From assembly GCF_018977255.1 (NCBI RefSeq), contig NW_024704742.1, positions 42,224,001 to 42,288,000 on the forward strand: a DNA stretch of 64,000 nt, given 5' to 3'. How positions within the stretch are numbered: position 1 is the stretch's first letter; the number at the start of each line of letters is the position of its first letter. This stretch comes from Callorhinchus milii. Lineage: Eukaryota. Both the position numbers and the translations under genes were made by a program. Shown here one piece after another: positions 25,501 to 40,500 of this stretch. The notes beneath the pieces are model-generated. The model did no database searches and was not told the DNA's origin. It saw only the letters and a list, made by a program, of their open reading frames with translations.

Positions 25501-28500
25501 GACTGCTTCAGAAGCACAAGCAGGTTGTGGTTGTAAGTGCTTTAGGATTGGAGCTGAACCCAGAGCAAACGGTGCTTTTTATTGTATAGATAACATCATA
25601 AAGAGTATGTTTGCACAGCCTAACATAGCCTGCGTCTTCTGCTGCCAAGGCTGCTCTTTGGCTGTGTCTGGTGTCCATTGCTCCTATTCATTCCAGTGAC
25701 AAGTGCAAAGCTTCTGTTTCATTCAGTAACATATCTTAATTTATTTTTAGCATTTCAGAGCATAAATCAGTCTTAATTTTGATGGCAATTTTGTGTATTT
25801 TTTTAAAACATCTTCAACAATTTACCAAATTCTCTTCATGCAAAGAAAATAGAGTAAACCTTGACTCAGGTGGAATTTTGCCCCATGCATTTCTAAGAGT
25901 GCTTCTATGTTTTGTAAGTAGTTTGATAATTTCAAGTCTGGAGTGAGTACACTTATGATTTTCGTGTTTTAATTTCACGCTTTATGACAAACCACACTCT
26001 TTGGACTGAGAAGTGCATAAATTTCCATCTCTGTAACAGAGTTGTTTTCTGCAGGGCTGAAATAAGCCTGTGCTGCCTGTGTAGTTGCCTCCGGCAGCAT
26101 TGTAACACTTGCTCTGTTCTCTATCCTGCAGGATGCTGAGGAGCAATAAGATTAGCTGTGTGAGCAATGACACATTCACAGGGCTCAGCTCCGTCCGCTT
26201 GCTCTCACTCTATGACAACCAGATCACAACCGTCTCTCCAGGAGCTTTTGATACACTTCATTCACTGTCCACACTGTAAGTTGTGGTGAGAAACTGAGAT
26301 GGCGGGGAGGTATTATAATACAACTTCATTTTCACAGATTATGACTTGGATGACTTCTTTAAACATGGACCAAAAAACATTTTAACGTGTAATTTAATTT
26401 TGCATGATCGAACAAACATTCTCAATGGACATTCACGTTCATGGCAGCGAGTTGATTAGTTATTGAAGGCATCGGGATCTCCAGTTAGAAATTCATTTTT
26501 AGCCACTGACATGTAATCAGTATGGTTGTCAGCTCTGATGGGAACCTATTCACTTGTGCAAATAAGGAATGGATGTCTGGAAATGACATGTTAATGACAT
26601 AGCCCCTTGTCAACTCAAAATCCAATTTGAGAGTCATCTTCAGATTGAATTACCATTTTTTTATTTCAGCACAGTTTGACAATACGCTGAAGCTTGCCAA
26701 CAATTTGAATTACATCCAAGTGAGCTGTAACCAATAACGCATTGTATTCTGGATTGGACTCTTTTAAATCATAAAGATGTCAAAGTACCAATTTTTATAT
26801 TTTTTTCATATAAAAAAGTGAGCTGTGCTGTGTAATAGAACCAATTATAGTGACCTAGTTACAGGACCAAATACTCCCAAGGTTAGGAATAGCACAGAGT
26901 GAAGTTCTCTCTACTCTGTCCAGAGAGTAGGGTTATGCTGCTCTTCGTATGCTCAATGAAGTAAAATGAATTGATGTGGGCTGAGTGCTATCCTACTTTG
27001 GTTGCTAGGTTTTGTGAAAAGATTCATATGCCTTTATATAAATAACTTTACTAGAATATGTTATAATTAATTTACTACGTAATACTTTGAGGAGAATTTG
27101 TTGGACTTTTATAATTTGCAGCGCAGATGAGATTTCAGACATTGGCAAGAGATCCTTCAGAATATGCAATCTACAATAATGATTTGTTTTGATCATGAAT
27201 AATAGTAATCATGTCTCTATGTCCTTTTCAGTAGAATTTCCAATTCTAAAGATTTACTAGAAAAGTTTGCTGCTGTTAACAATTTGCATTTGGTGTTGCT
27301 CTCTGATGAGCTACGATCATTTTCAAGTCGCTTATTCAGATCACTGATGCAATTCTTGTCCCTTTTGGTTCTCGTCAGAAATCTGCTGGCTAATCCCTTT
27401 AACTGCAATTGTCACTTGGCCTGGCTGGGCGAGTGGCTCAGAAAGAAGCGCATTGTGACTGGGAACCCTCGCTGCCAGAAACCCTATTTCCTGAAAGAGA
27501 TTCCCATTCAGGATGTAGCAATCCAGGACTTCACATGTGACGATGGTAAACCTTTTTTAACATGATGTTTGCTAATGATAAAAATATTTGAAGGCTTTGT
27601 CTCCAATGAGACCTGACTATTCTGTGTTGGGTACATTGGAATCCCTGAAGAAACCCTATTTGCATAGCTGGGATATCCGCTGGCAATTTTGCAGCAATTA
27701 AATGCAAATTTGTAATATGAAGTGAGGATGAGGAGTTAATTCCTGGACCATCTCTGCATGAAAAAGAGACAAGATTATACTTTTTTTTTACAATTTCCTC
27801 AGACTGAAACCCTTCCTAAGGTTGTTAAGTACGCTGACCGTATTGCTGGTGGTAAATAGTGTTTGAGTGGTAAAGTCTGACCTGCATTCTGGATTATGAC
27901 ATCTGGAAGTTCTGCGAAGCATGATATTTAAATCATCTTGTAACAAGCATTCATTGATGTTGATTTGTTACAAAGAAATTGAAACTGTTGCAATTAAACA
28001 ATGAGTGGGCTTCTATGCATATCATTCTGTTTAAGTGGAGCATACATTTCTTCCCAGTGAGCGGAGAATTCAGTGCTGGAGCAGAGAGCTTATTTACTGA
28101 GGATTATATGTCCATCCTGTGGACGTTAGGTTTGCGAGTGAGCTGTGGCACTGCTCTGACTGTTTTTTCATGTCTGTACTTCCTGTCACCACGTCTCAAT
28201 GTGCACATTTTTAGTGCTGTGATTTCCTGGAAACATTATCTTGGGCATTGACCTGCATTCATTCAGAGACATGAATAAAACATTGGCTTCAGTTTGTAGC
28301 TGTGCTGTGATACTACTATGGTTTTCCCTCATAGCTTTAATATAATGATGTTTGCTCCAAGAGCAGTGCAGAATCAATGTGTGTTAACTGCACAGATCCA
28401 AATACACCTGGAGTGTATGTGTCACATTCAAAAGACACATTTTCATTATTGGATATCTGGTTTCGGGAATTAAACACTGTGAGATGGGCAGACGTATATG

Positions 28501-31500
28501 GCTTAATACAGGGTTGCTAGCCAGGTAGCTTTCCTCACACCCTTGGCTCTCATCACTGTTTAATTTTTATTATATATTTTTAAAAAATGGCTTGGGGGGT
28601 TTTCTCCAAGGAAAAGCCAAATGTCAATCATGCAAATCCCTCTGTTCTGGAGAAGCCACTCTGCAAAATCCACCCTTAACATTGATTTCATCCCATTTAC
28701 TCTATCACCTAGTGGAGAGTTCAAAGTAGAAGCTCCCTGAACCCCAAGTTCAAGTCAAATACAATCTCCACAATATCCATCTGCCCTCACATCTCCATTA
28801 TTGAACCTTGTCCCCCATTTCTTTCAAAAATAATATGCCCATTCTACACCCCCCCCCCCCCCACCACCTTTCCCATACCTCTGGACCCTGCAGCATGGAT
28901 GTCAGTGTACCACATGGAGTATGTGATTACGACAGTCTGCAGATTCTTCCAATATTGTTCTCAAGGAGATGTGTAGTACAAGAGGTTAAAAGAGACGTAC
29001 AGATGAAGAAAGCCTTCTTGTCCCTTTGATCTCAACCTTCCAGCTAAGCAATCCAGCTGTTGATTATCTTTTTAAAAAAAAAACACTTCTTGGTTTCTGT
29101 TCTAAAGCTGCCCTTTAGATCGCTGAACCTAGGCTGTCTAGTCCTACTGCCTAGAGCTGATAAAGTTAAATCCAGTCCTTTTTTAATTGATGCAACATAA
29201 TTTTATTGGGAATTTTTCTGCATATTTGCTACACTTTGTTTTTGTTTCTTTCTCTCTTTATGAATTTGAAACCAGGTTATTCCAAGTCTGGTTCATGGTC
29301 CGTGTCACATAGCCTCCTCAGTTATATGCAATATGGAGGTATATACAATTTTAAATTGGATTGAAAAAGTAAACCCAAAACAAAACTTTATGAAGACTAA
29401 GACAGAAGAACAAGAAGACATAGGTTTAAAGTTGTAAGGGCAATTTCAGGAGAAATCCAGTATTTCTTTCCAGATGGGAAAAGATTGGCAGGAAGAGAGA
29501 TTGAGTCCAGGATATAGGACCCATTTTAAAGAAAAATAGCTTGATGCTGTGATATTTGGACAGGAGAATAGATCTTCTGGAAGGATGGGCCAAAGGTCCT
29601 TCTTCACATCCAAACCAACCTTGTTATCTATGACATCACCTCACCATGAGGGGAAACTGGGCAGAGTATTGATGTTTTCTGCATAAACCATCCAAACTCC
29701 TCAATTAGATTACTGCCTGTACTCACTCCCAAGTATCCATAATTCTCTATGTAAACCACTCAAAGCCCTTGATAATAATCCAGTCTGTGAATTACTCCCA
29801 GATATCCAATACTTTCTGTCTAACCATCCGAGCCCTTTAATTCAATTTTTAAGCTTAAATAGCTCCCAAGAATCTGTTCTACTACTCTGTTTTCAATTTT
29901 TTAATCTTGTTACATTTTTTATTTTGATAGAGAAATGCTACAATACTGTTCAATGGACTCATGTCAGCAGCTTGGATCCATTAACTCGAAGAATAGGCTC
30001 TATGTTTTTAAGTGTCCTTTTGAACCATTCTCGGGGTTTAAGAGTATCAATATTTATTCTTCCTTTCTAATAATAATATATTTTTGTCCATAACCCAGGA
30101 AATGATGACAACAGCTGCTCACCGCTTGCCCGGTGCCCCGCTGAGTGCACTTGCTTGGATACTGTGGTGCGTTGCAGTAACAAGGGACTTAAAGCCTTAC
30201 CCAAGGGCATCCCCAAAGAAGTGACAGAACTGTAAGTATAACTACTTGTTTCTTCTTTTGAGCTTTTAAGTTCAAAACAAGTAGCCAACAGTTCAGAGTT
30301 TAAGTGAAACACAGTTAGGGTAATCAAAAGGAAGCTAAGATCAAACCCAGTGGTCAGAGACTCGAAAGATTTCATCAGATGTCAAATGTCACTCCTGTTC
30401 ATTTTTTGTGCAGGAAATTGTTATTTTATGAGGCAGAGGAAGGTACGATTGTACTAACTAAAAGGTCAATTGCAGTGGAGTAAGAAGGCTCATTCCCTAG
30501 AGCAACATCCAGCTGACATTGGGTAGAGTTTAGGTCCATTTTTACTTATCGGAATTCTCTCCGCTACAGTGAGTCCCAGGAGCAAAGATTTCCACATTTC
30601 AGTCTGTGTATTGCTGTAATTTGAAGTTCAGTCCCTTGACACTTCAACTCTTATGAGAGGGATTAGAGCAGAATATGCAATGTGGAGAGAGATTCGGAGG
30701 CAGTTCTGCTGTTGGGGGCTCAGTATCTTGTCTGACTTCTCATTCATCATGCAGACATGGTAAGCTCAAACAGCACAAGTTTTTATAACCTCAGGATACA
30801 AAGACATAAAAGACTGCAGATTTCTCAATGATGTTAATTGCTTTGTGTGTCTAACAACACTGACATTATAAATATTTTTAGAAAATATATAAGCCTATGA
30901 TTAACCACTTCAGATTCCCCGATGATTTAGTCAGCAACAATTGGAACTTGTAGCGGTTTGGCAAAAATTAATGTTTCATTTGAAGATACTCATTTTATTT
31001 TTTGGTTAGCCAGCTGTCTGACGCACTCCGAAACTCATCACCAGGCTTAAGAGTATCCAAACCAGACTGAGAGTTCCACATATGAATGCCACCTACACAT
31101 GGAAATCTCCTTGCGTCTGGAATGCACACTCTCTCCTCGGAGTCACACACCCTGCTTACCTATTCCTGGAGAGTTTTCGGCATAGGTTAGAAAGAGACAA
31201 GGCTTGGGAACCACAGTGTGCACTGAGTGTGCTGAAGTTTCACTAGCGAAAACTGTATAGCTGGTCATTGCAAATACTTTCTGGCACTACTTATCCAGCT
31301 AGGACCATCCGACCCATTAGGTCTTTGGCTTATGTGGGTCAATACAAGTTGAGCTGGAAGAATCTTTGCCTCAGTAACTGATCTGCCCTTTCAGCCTTTC
31401 AGTCCTGCTGGCTGGTCTGTCATTAGCAGTATCTTAGAGTACTGTGGACCCACCTGCCTCATCTGTTGCCCTGGCTGTGATTTTAAACTTTGCTGATATC

Positions 31501-34500
31501 TGATTACCCTTCCTTCTCCCCCTCCCCCCCTTCATCATTTCAGAAGGTCTCAGGGTGAGGTTCGGGGTTTGCACAATCACACGGCCAATATTATCTTTAT
31601 TAGCATTGAAAAGTAGCTGGTCCTGCAGTTCTCAGCATGCATGGAGCTGGATGATATGTGCTGGGCTCAGAAATAGGGTTGTAATTTATTTAACAGGCCC
31701 AATGCAATAGAGAACAGAAAGGATAAATCAGACTTCCTGGTGCACATTGCAGTATCACTGGGAGCGATATCACTTCACTCCCAGCAGAATATGCAAAGCA
31801 TTGAAGCAATCTCAGCGGAGCATGTGGCTTCATGATAGATATCTCAGCTATTAGAACAGAGACACTAACAATAAACAAGCAAATAAGAAACAAGGACCCT
31901 CAAATTTTCATGCTGATGGTTCCTTTGTGTCTTAATCTAGCTATAAAGGGGAATCTGTTTGTAAAGTCTGTGTCGGTTACGAGACTTTTTACAAAGTCAT
32001 TCAGAGATTGTCAGAACCAGCAGTAATTAATATTTGAAGTAGGCAATGGCAGCACTCAGTCTTGCTGAAAGTGTGGTTCTATTTAAAATCCCTAGGATCA
32101 ATGGCCCACAAATCACAGTAATTAATATTTAAAAGAACAAGTTCCAGTTTCACAAAGGAGTTGTATTAATATTTAACTCCAAGACGGCCATTAACAACCT
32201 TGCATAATCAACCATAATAAATATTTTAGCGCCACAGTAACAATTAACAGTCTCCCAGGAGACCTGATAATTAGAATTTAAAACAACTGTAAATAAAAGA
32301 CTTCCTCATTGGAGAAAAAAACTACAGGATCAAAAAGGATTTTTCAATCCTGTTAGCTCCTACTAGGACCTATAGGACATAATAAATATTATGTAGGATT
32401 TTTCCTATTTTATATGACTTTTTGACAAGAAACCTGTAGGGATTCTACAAAATATTTTGGTGCATGATACTCTCTGACACACAGGATTCACAGATGTCTT
32501 TGTTGTGCAAGAGGCTGTATTTGACTCGTGGTTGGAAGATAGAGGGTTGTTTGCAGTTGCTTGTTTCCCCCCCCCCCCCCCCCCCCCCACTGGGTTATCT
32601 GGGTGTCTTAACACATGCAAAAAAAACCTTGATGATTAAAACCAGACTGAGAGATTCGCATATGTATGTCACCTATGCATGGAATGGAATGTGCCCTGTT
32701 TCCCTGCTTACCTAATTCCAGAGAGTGTTAGACCCAGTTTGGGTAAGAGCCAAGACTTGAGGACCCCAGACCCCATTGAGGTACTGCTGGAGTTTAACCA
32801 GCTGAAACTGCATAGTTTGTCAATTAGAGCAATGCCTGGCAAGCTTCCTGCTGTTTGTCCAGCTAGTGTAATGCCTTGAATGGAATACAGTAAGATAAGT
32901 ATTCCAGAAAGATGAAATCAATTTCGCTGAAGGACCTTCTTCATTCTGAACATATCTTGTGAGGATCATCCTACCTGTTAGGACTTTGCTTTTGTTTTCC
33001 CTCCCCATTTGACATGGTTCTTTTCTGTTTCAGATATCTGGATGGAAATCAATTTACCATGGTACCCAAGGAGCTCTCTAACTACAAACACTTATTACTA
33101 ATGTAGGTACCTTCATGGGTATAATTTTAAGACAGTGGGAAAACAATCACATTCTTTTATTTTAGATTGATAAATAAGTGTAGGCAGGAAATTGAGGTCC
33201 TTGATAACCAATGTTTAGTTCAGAATCAAAGTGCTTTTAACTGAGCTGCTTTTACTATGTTGAAATTACTGTAAATAGTTGTTACCGATAATGGATTTAA
33301 AGGTTGAATCTGTACAGTGCTGAGATACACATATGATACAGGGATTGTACAGAAATGTATCTGTGTGTGTACAGTACTAAGATAGACAAAGATTAGGGTA
33401 ATTACACAATTACAGAGTATGTAGTTTACCTGTATTATTTCCTAAAATATATGAAGCATAACTAAAAATTGCGGCAGTTGTTGAGTGGCTTGGTAAGGAG
33501 CAGCATCAGGGTCTGGTGCAGATTGCCTGCCTATTCACTCGTCCAAAGAAAGATTAATGTCAAGAGAAGAAAGTAGGCAGAATACATAAAGGGTAATAAT
33601 ATTGTCATACATCTTGAGTTGTAACATTTACAACAACAACAACAAATTACACTTGTTTAGCGCCTTTCACTTCGGGAGGACTTCCCAAGGTCCTGGGATA
33701 TACCCATGAATACCATGTCTTGTAGCCACCCGCTTCGCTCAGCTCTCACCGTTGGTGGCCATGCTTTCTGCCACTGCTCCCCCAATCTCTGGAACCCCCT
33801 TCCTCTATCTGTAACCTTATTCCCTCTATCTATCCTTAAATCCCACTGTAAGACCTATCTCTTCGACTGTGCTTATGGTCACCTCCTGCTTCTCCCTTGC
33901 TCTGCATCCAACCCCACGATTTTCCTGCAGGAAGGTCACTCCATAAATGCAAGTTGTTGTTGTCTTATGACTCTGTGGAGAAATGTTCCTATCGGTGCTT
34001 CACTGCCATTCATCTTCTGTTTTTCCAGTGATCTAAGCAACAACAGAATCAGTACACTGTCCAACCAGAGCTTCAGCAACATGACTGACCTCCTGACTCT
34101 GTAAGTATTGATCTTCTAGTTTCAGTGGCCAGGTCCTGTGTTTGCTGTAAACATGCTTAAGGTTAATAAGGCCATAAAAAAAAGCAAACCAGGCATTGGG
34201 GTTCATTTCTAGAGGGATAGAAATGAAAAGCAGGGAAGTTATGGTGAACTGCTATAGAACCATGGTTAGACCCCACTTAGAATACTGTGTGCAGTTCTGG
34301 TCCCCACATTATAGAAGGGATGTAGAGGCACTGGAGAGGGTGCAAAGGAGATTCACAAGGATGATCCCAGAACTGAGAGGTTATACCTATCAGGAAAGGC
34401 TGAACATACTTGGGAATCTTTTCTCTTGAAAAGAGGAGGGTAAGGGTTGACCTGATAGAGATCTTTAAAATGCTGAAAGATTTCGATAGGGAATTTTCTA

Positions 34501-37500
34501 TTTTCTATAGGGAAATTTCTTCACATAGCGAGTAGTGGGAATGTGGAACATGCTACCACAAGGAATTGTTGAGGCAAATAGCATAGATGTATTTAAGGGA
34601 AAGCTAGATAGGTACATGAGGGAGAAAGGAATAGAAGGTTATGCTTGAAGGCTTAGTTGAGGAAGGGCAGTAGGAGACTCATGTGGAGCATAAACACCGG
34701 CATAGACCAGTTGGGCCGAATGGCCTGTTTCTTTGCTGTATATTCTAATGTATTTTAATGTAAGCATATTGGGTCGGTGGGAGGGGAAGTTGGCAAACAA
34801 ACGTGAGTGGGATTGATCTGACTCCAAGGTAACATGACTGTCAAAGGCAGAGCTGAGTCAAGTCCCAGTGTTAGACTTAATGATTGGATTCCTGAGCCAG
34901 TACATTTTCAGTGGTCCAGGAAACTGCTGATGATTTGTCAGCCTGCCTGGCTCAACAATAATACTTGGAGGCAAAGGCAAATCACTGGAGCTCTGGGAAT
35001 TCCTCCTCCTAATAGCCCTTCATGCCATGTCGTGATGGATACGCAGACAACATAGACAAGTGGCAGAGTGCTAGCTAATGCTTCATTCTGGTACTTTGTA
35101 CAGATTTAGATAGCCAACTCCAATGCATTTCAGGATAACTAATGGCTTGGCATCTGCCAACCTGTGCATGTGTTCTTCAGACATAGACAGTGTTTTTCTT
35201 TGCCTTTGTGATTTCTTAGTTCCTGAAACTAGACCTTCTTAAGCACTGCAAATGGTTTGCAAATGACTCAGACTCCCCAGCTAACCCTCTACTGAGCGTT
35301 TTCTGGACACTTCATAAAGAAACCTTTGTATGAACTCTGTAGCAAAGATTCACACTGGAGAAATGTTTCACGTGCGGAAGTTTGTACATTTCTGGTTACA
35401 GAGAGACATGTCTTTGGTTTTCACAGAATTCTGAGTTACAATCGTCTGAGGTGCATTCCAGCCCGGGCATTTGATGGCTTGAAGTCTTTGCGTTTGTTGT
35501 GAGTATTAGAAAAAATAGCACAGACCAGGTGATTCCTGTTGACTTTCAAGCTTAGTATTTCAGGTAATTAGTCCTGTCTACACCTCTGGCCACATTTAGA
35601 CCAGGGCTGTTTGTAGAACTTCATTTTTGAGAGCTGCAGATTGATTGCATTGCTGGTGACAATCTTTAAAAAAAAGTGTATTCTGAGTGGCAACATCTGC
35701 AGCAGAAAGAAGAAATGCAGTGGAGTGTAAACAGATCAGTGCACCACTTGCAAACAATCCCACACTGGCAAAAATACTGCAGTTCCTTCTCCTTCACTGT
35801 AATGTGTGTGACACCTTCTTAAAAAAAATGTTGCTACGGATTAAAAGCAGATTGCCTCCCACAACACAGTGGAGATGGTGCCCCTTTGGAAGGTACACGC
35901 GCACACTTTATTTTTGTTGCTAAGACAGACAGATGGAGCTTTCTGGCACAATATGCGAGTGTTTGACTTTGACTTCTATATGAAACTTGTCAAAACTGAA
36001 TGCCTTTTCTTAGCACGACTGTAAGGAACAAAGCTGGCTGGAAACTCTGATCACAGTAGACGGAACTCAGTGCTATCATAGGTTATTTTTCTCTAGCTAA
36101 TGGACTGTTGGCAGGATTGATCTTATTGCAGTTAGAAAAAGGCTTGACAGTGCTGACTAGCTGTCTGTATCCCATCTAACATGCAAACAGGATCTAATTG
36201 TTGCTTGAGGCCAGGGTCCTGAAATTGTGCATGGAATTAGCCTGAAACCGTTTAAGTGAGGAATTTTGGAAAACAATCTTAATTTGAAAGATGTACTCAC
36301 AGTACCCCAAAAGAATTGAGGGAAATTAGTTTCGAAATTAAGATTGAATTTCAGAATGTGGTCCAAAATTTCTCATACTCTTACATTTTAAGATAATGAG
36401 AAATGTTGGGCTTCAGAAGAGTAGAGGCTGAAATGAACCACTGGCCAGCAGTATTCATTGTCCATTACAACTTCTTTCCAGGTCTTTGCATGGGAATGAT
36501 GTCTCCACTATTCCCTCAGGAGTTTTCAATGACCTCTCCTCATTGTCCCACTTGTAAGTACAAATTCCAATATGATCTTTTCATTATTTCAGTGCTTCTG
36601 GTTAAGAGGGCACTTTCTTTCTCTGGGATTTCAGTGGATAGAATTACCCCCCCCCCCCCATACCAATGATGTAGTGGATTGAGCTGCAGGTTATAGACCA
36701 GGAGTTTGCTGGTTCGAATCCTGGTTTGTGCTGAGTTTGCTGGTCTCAGCCACTATATGGGGAGGCAAGCTTCCAACGATCTTGCTCCTGTTCTCTCTTC
36801 AACACCTTCTACTGGTTATGAAAGTGATTGATAGCTGGACAGCGAGAGGTCAGGCTTGGCTGTGTCTCCCTCTGCAGTTCTCTGGTTTGCCAATACTCAC
36901 TGCCAAGGTTCAAGGTGAACGGACACCACTTGGGCATAATATTGGAGAGCAAGACTTGGCCGTAGAACAGTACCCAAGCAAGTTGAGGCCAGACCAGGAG
37001 CAGAGACACTTGCCATAGGGGAGAAAATGCTTAAAATATTGGATACAATAAATTAATATTAAAAAGAGGTTATCAATAAAAATATTGCATCGATAGATGT
37101 AAAGATCACTGGTGCAATATTTTTTGAATAGCGCCTTTCACATCGGGAGGACGTCCAAGGCACTGGTCAGTGTTTCGAACCCGAGCTGGGGTACGGGATC
37201 AGGAAGGGTGGAGAGCAGGGGGGGATGGAGGGTCATAGAGGAGGGTGTTGAAGGAGGGAAGGGTGAAGGTGAGGCGGAGGGACAGCGGGATGACGTTCCA
37301 GAGGGTGGGGGCAGAGTGGCCAAAGGCCGCCTGTCAATGATGGGGCGGGAGAGGGGGGGGATGTGAACTAGTCCGGAGCCCGCTGAACGGAAGGAGCTGG
37401 CAGGTTGGTAGGGGATTAGGAGGTCACAAAGGTAGGAGGGCGTAAGGCCATGGAGGGCTTTGAAGGTGACGACCAGGATCTTGAACTGTATCCTCTGTGT

Positions 37501-40500
37501 GATTGGAAGCCAGTGGAGTCTCAGGCTTGTTTGCGTTCTGGTCAAGGGTGTAATTATACCCCACAAAATAAATATCAAATATCAATTAACTGGATCTAAA
37601 TGAACTAAAGAACATTCTTGTCCCTACAGGGCCCTTGGAGCAAACCCTCTCTACTGTGACTGTAAAATGCAGTGGTTGTCTGACTGGGTGAAGTCTGGCT
37701 ACAAGGAGCCAGGCATTGCTCGCTGTGCAGGACCTGGTGACATGACAGATAAGCTCCTGCTCACAACCCCGTCTAAGAAGTTTGAATGTCAAGGTATTGC
37801 CATCAATTCTTCACACTCTCTCTGCACCAAAGACATCTTTGTATCAATGCGAGGAATTAAACCAGCAATGTCTAACATAGTTTATCTATCCAATCAGTTA
37901 GCAGTAATCAGTTATTAGTGTAATGGCGAACTTTGATTTTAACTCCCAAAGAGAGCTTTATGTAACCTTTAATTACCCTTTGACTTTCTTTCTTTGCCTT
38001 TTCTTGTGTGTAATCTAATACTCTTTAATCTTTCACTTGCGACCTCTGTCACCCCATTCCCTGCCTATAGAGATTCCAGGGCCTTGCGGGTTTTTGGTGC
38101 CAGGTAAGCCAACCGAGCAGCCCTTGGCAATGATGGATGGTGTTAAACGGACCTTCTGCCTCTCCTTAAATGTGACCCAAAACAATTACCTCAATCCCTC
38201 CAGCAGATATGTTTTCCCTAGACTAGCAGTGTCGGGTTTGGAGAGAATGTACAGTTTTCACACTTTCAGTCCTTGACCTCTGCCTTCAAACACAAGCTGT
38301 GTGTGGGCTTAAGCCTAGGATGAGTGATGATTGTGGAGCGTTGTGTATGTCTTGAAAGTTGTATTACTTCTGTGTACACTTTGAAGTTTAATTATAATTA
38401 AGAACAAAACAATTTTTTGTGGATTTCAGACTATTTTTTAACAATGGGGCCAGTGATGCCTGTTTAACACAAAAAATCTCTGTATGCATCACTATGCCGT
38501 TTACCAGCAATTGTCCATTTGTAACCCTTCTTGACACTTTAAGAAAGTAATCTGCAGAAAATTCACAAAATGAAACAGTAAAAAAGGTTAATATTTACCT
38601 CATCCTTGTAAAGCGCTCTGGTTCCTGATACTTGTGCTTTGCACCACACCTGCAGAATGGTGCAAAAAAAAAGTATGCGAGCCAACACTTGTAATTGTTT
38701 ATTTCACTTCATTTTGTTTGTGGGACATTGCTGTGCACAAATTGGTTGTTGCAATTGGCTGCAAAACACACAATGATAGTAAATTTTTGAAATCCATTGA
38801 GACGTTCTTCTGGTGTGAAAGGTGCTATATCAACTGCAAGGGTTATTATTATAATTTCTGCCCAAATGTTGCTTGTCAAACATCAGGTGACTTCAGGTTT
38901 TTTGGGGTTTGTATCCTACACCACAATTTGGATTTAGCAATTTTTTTAGTTTTGATTGACCCAAACTATGCTAACGTGTGGTGAAAAACAAACGATGGGG
39001 GAGCAGTGCACTAACACAAAATAGTCTTGTGATTATGTTGGCAATTCAATGAGTTCCACGTTTCCTAACCATTTCCTATTACTAACCCATAATGTAAAAC
39101 TCACTTGACTTACACAATTTATTTTACTTTTTAAAGGTCCGGTTGACATTGGTATTCTGGCCAAATGTAACCCTTGCTTTTCGAACCCATGCAAAAATGA
39201 TGGAACTTGCTCCAATGATCCTGTGGATTTCTACAGGTGCACCTGTCCTTATGGATACAAGGTATGTTTGTCACTTGAAATGGAGCAATCTGTGTTCTGC
39301 GATTATGTATGGTGTGCTAGCCATACATCCATAACTTATCATCTGGGAAAGTGCTGTGTGCAGGATTCAGGATTTGCATTTATAAGTTACTTTAAAATAA
39401 AATCATAGGAAAGTGCTCTTTCTACACCCAAAGAAGACAGATGATTAGATATAATCTGACGAAGGGCCTTGGACCCGAAACGTTGACTCACTTTCCTTTC
39501 TCCATAGATGCTGCCTGACCTGCTGAGTGTTCCCAGCGACTTCTTTTTTGAATTAGATATAAATATATTGCTTGCACATGCTGCCTGGTCCTAGAACTCC
39601 CAAGATCGCTGCTTTCTAATTATGCAATGAGATCTTCAGCGTCCACCTGCACAGGCAGACGAGAACTCATTTTAAGCTCTTTTCCACAAGATAGAACCTC
39701 CGACAATGCAGCACATCCCCAGCACAGCATTGGAACATCAGCATAGACCAACTGGTGACCCACGGGCCACACCCGGCCTCCTCTTGCTCCATTTCATCTG
39801 GTCCACCCACTCCCTCCATAACCCGTAAATGTTATGTTTCTGGAAGGGAAACACAAACATATTACTTATACAGCCTATGGACGTTTCTCAACTAGGCCAT
39901 CTTGCCAGCCACGCACATGCACACGAGAATATGCTTCCCTTACTCCGGTCGTTTGATTGGGATTATTGTGAATCAAAGGAAAAGTACGAACATCAAAATT
40001 AACAGGAAGCAAAAGCCACTAGTCTTCCAGGATGATAGAGAAAATCTTGGAACAATAGTAGACTAATAAACTGGCCCATTTCTGTTTGCTAGTTACATTT
40101 TCCAAAATGTGAAATCTTACGTATTTTCAACAAATAGTTTTTGTTGAAAGCCAATAGTTTTTGTTGAAAGCCATTGCATTCTGAGCCATGAGCCAAACTG
40201 CATTTTCGAGTCCAGGCTTGCACCTGCAACATGCTATTTGTTTCCTTCCACCCACTCACTCTGGCACGTGTATACACTGAAAGCACAGTGTGGTGTCTAT
40301 CACCGGTTACAAAAGGCTTCTGTAAACACAATCTTCAGCAGAGCACTGTGCAGGGCAGGCAGTAAACTGATGGCATTTCCAGACAATATTATTTTTATTA
40401 TTGTTGTTCCAGACATTATTATTATTATCATTCCAGTCAAGAATGATTGTATGCAACTGTAACAATAACCCGAAAGGCCTGAAAACTTAAATAAATATTT

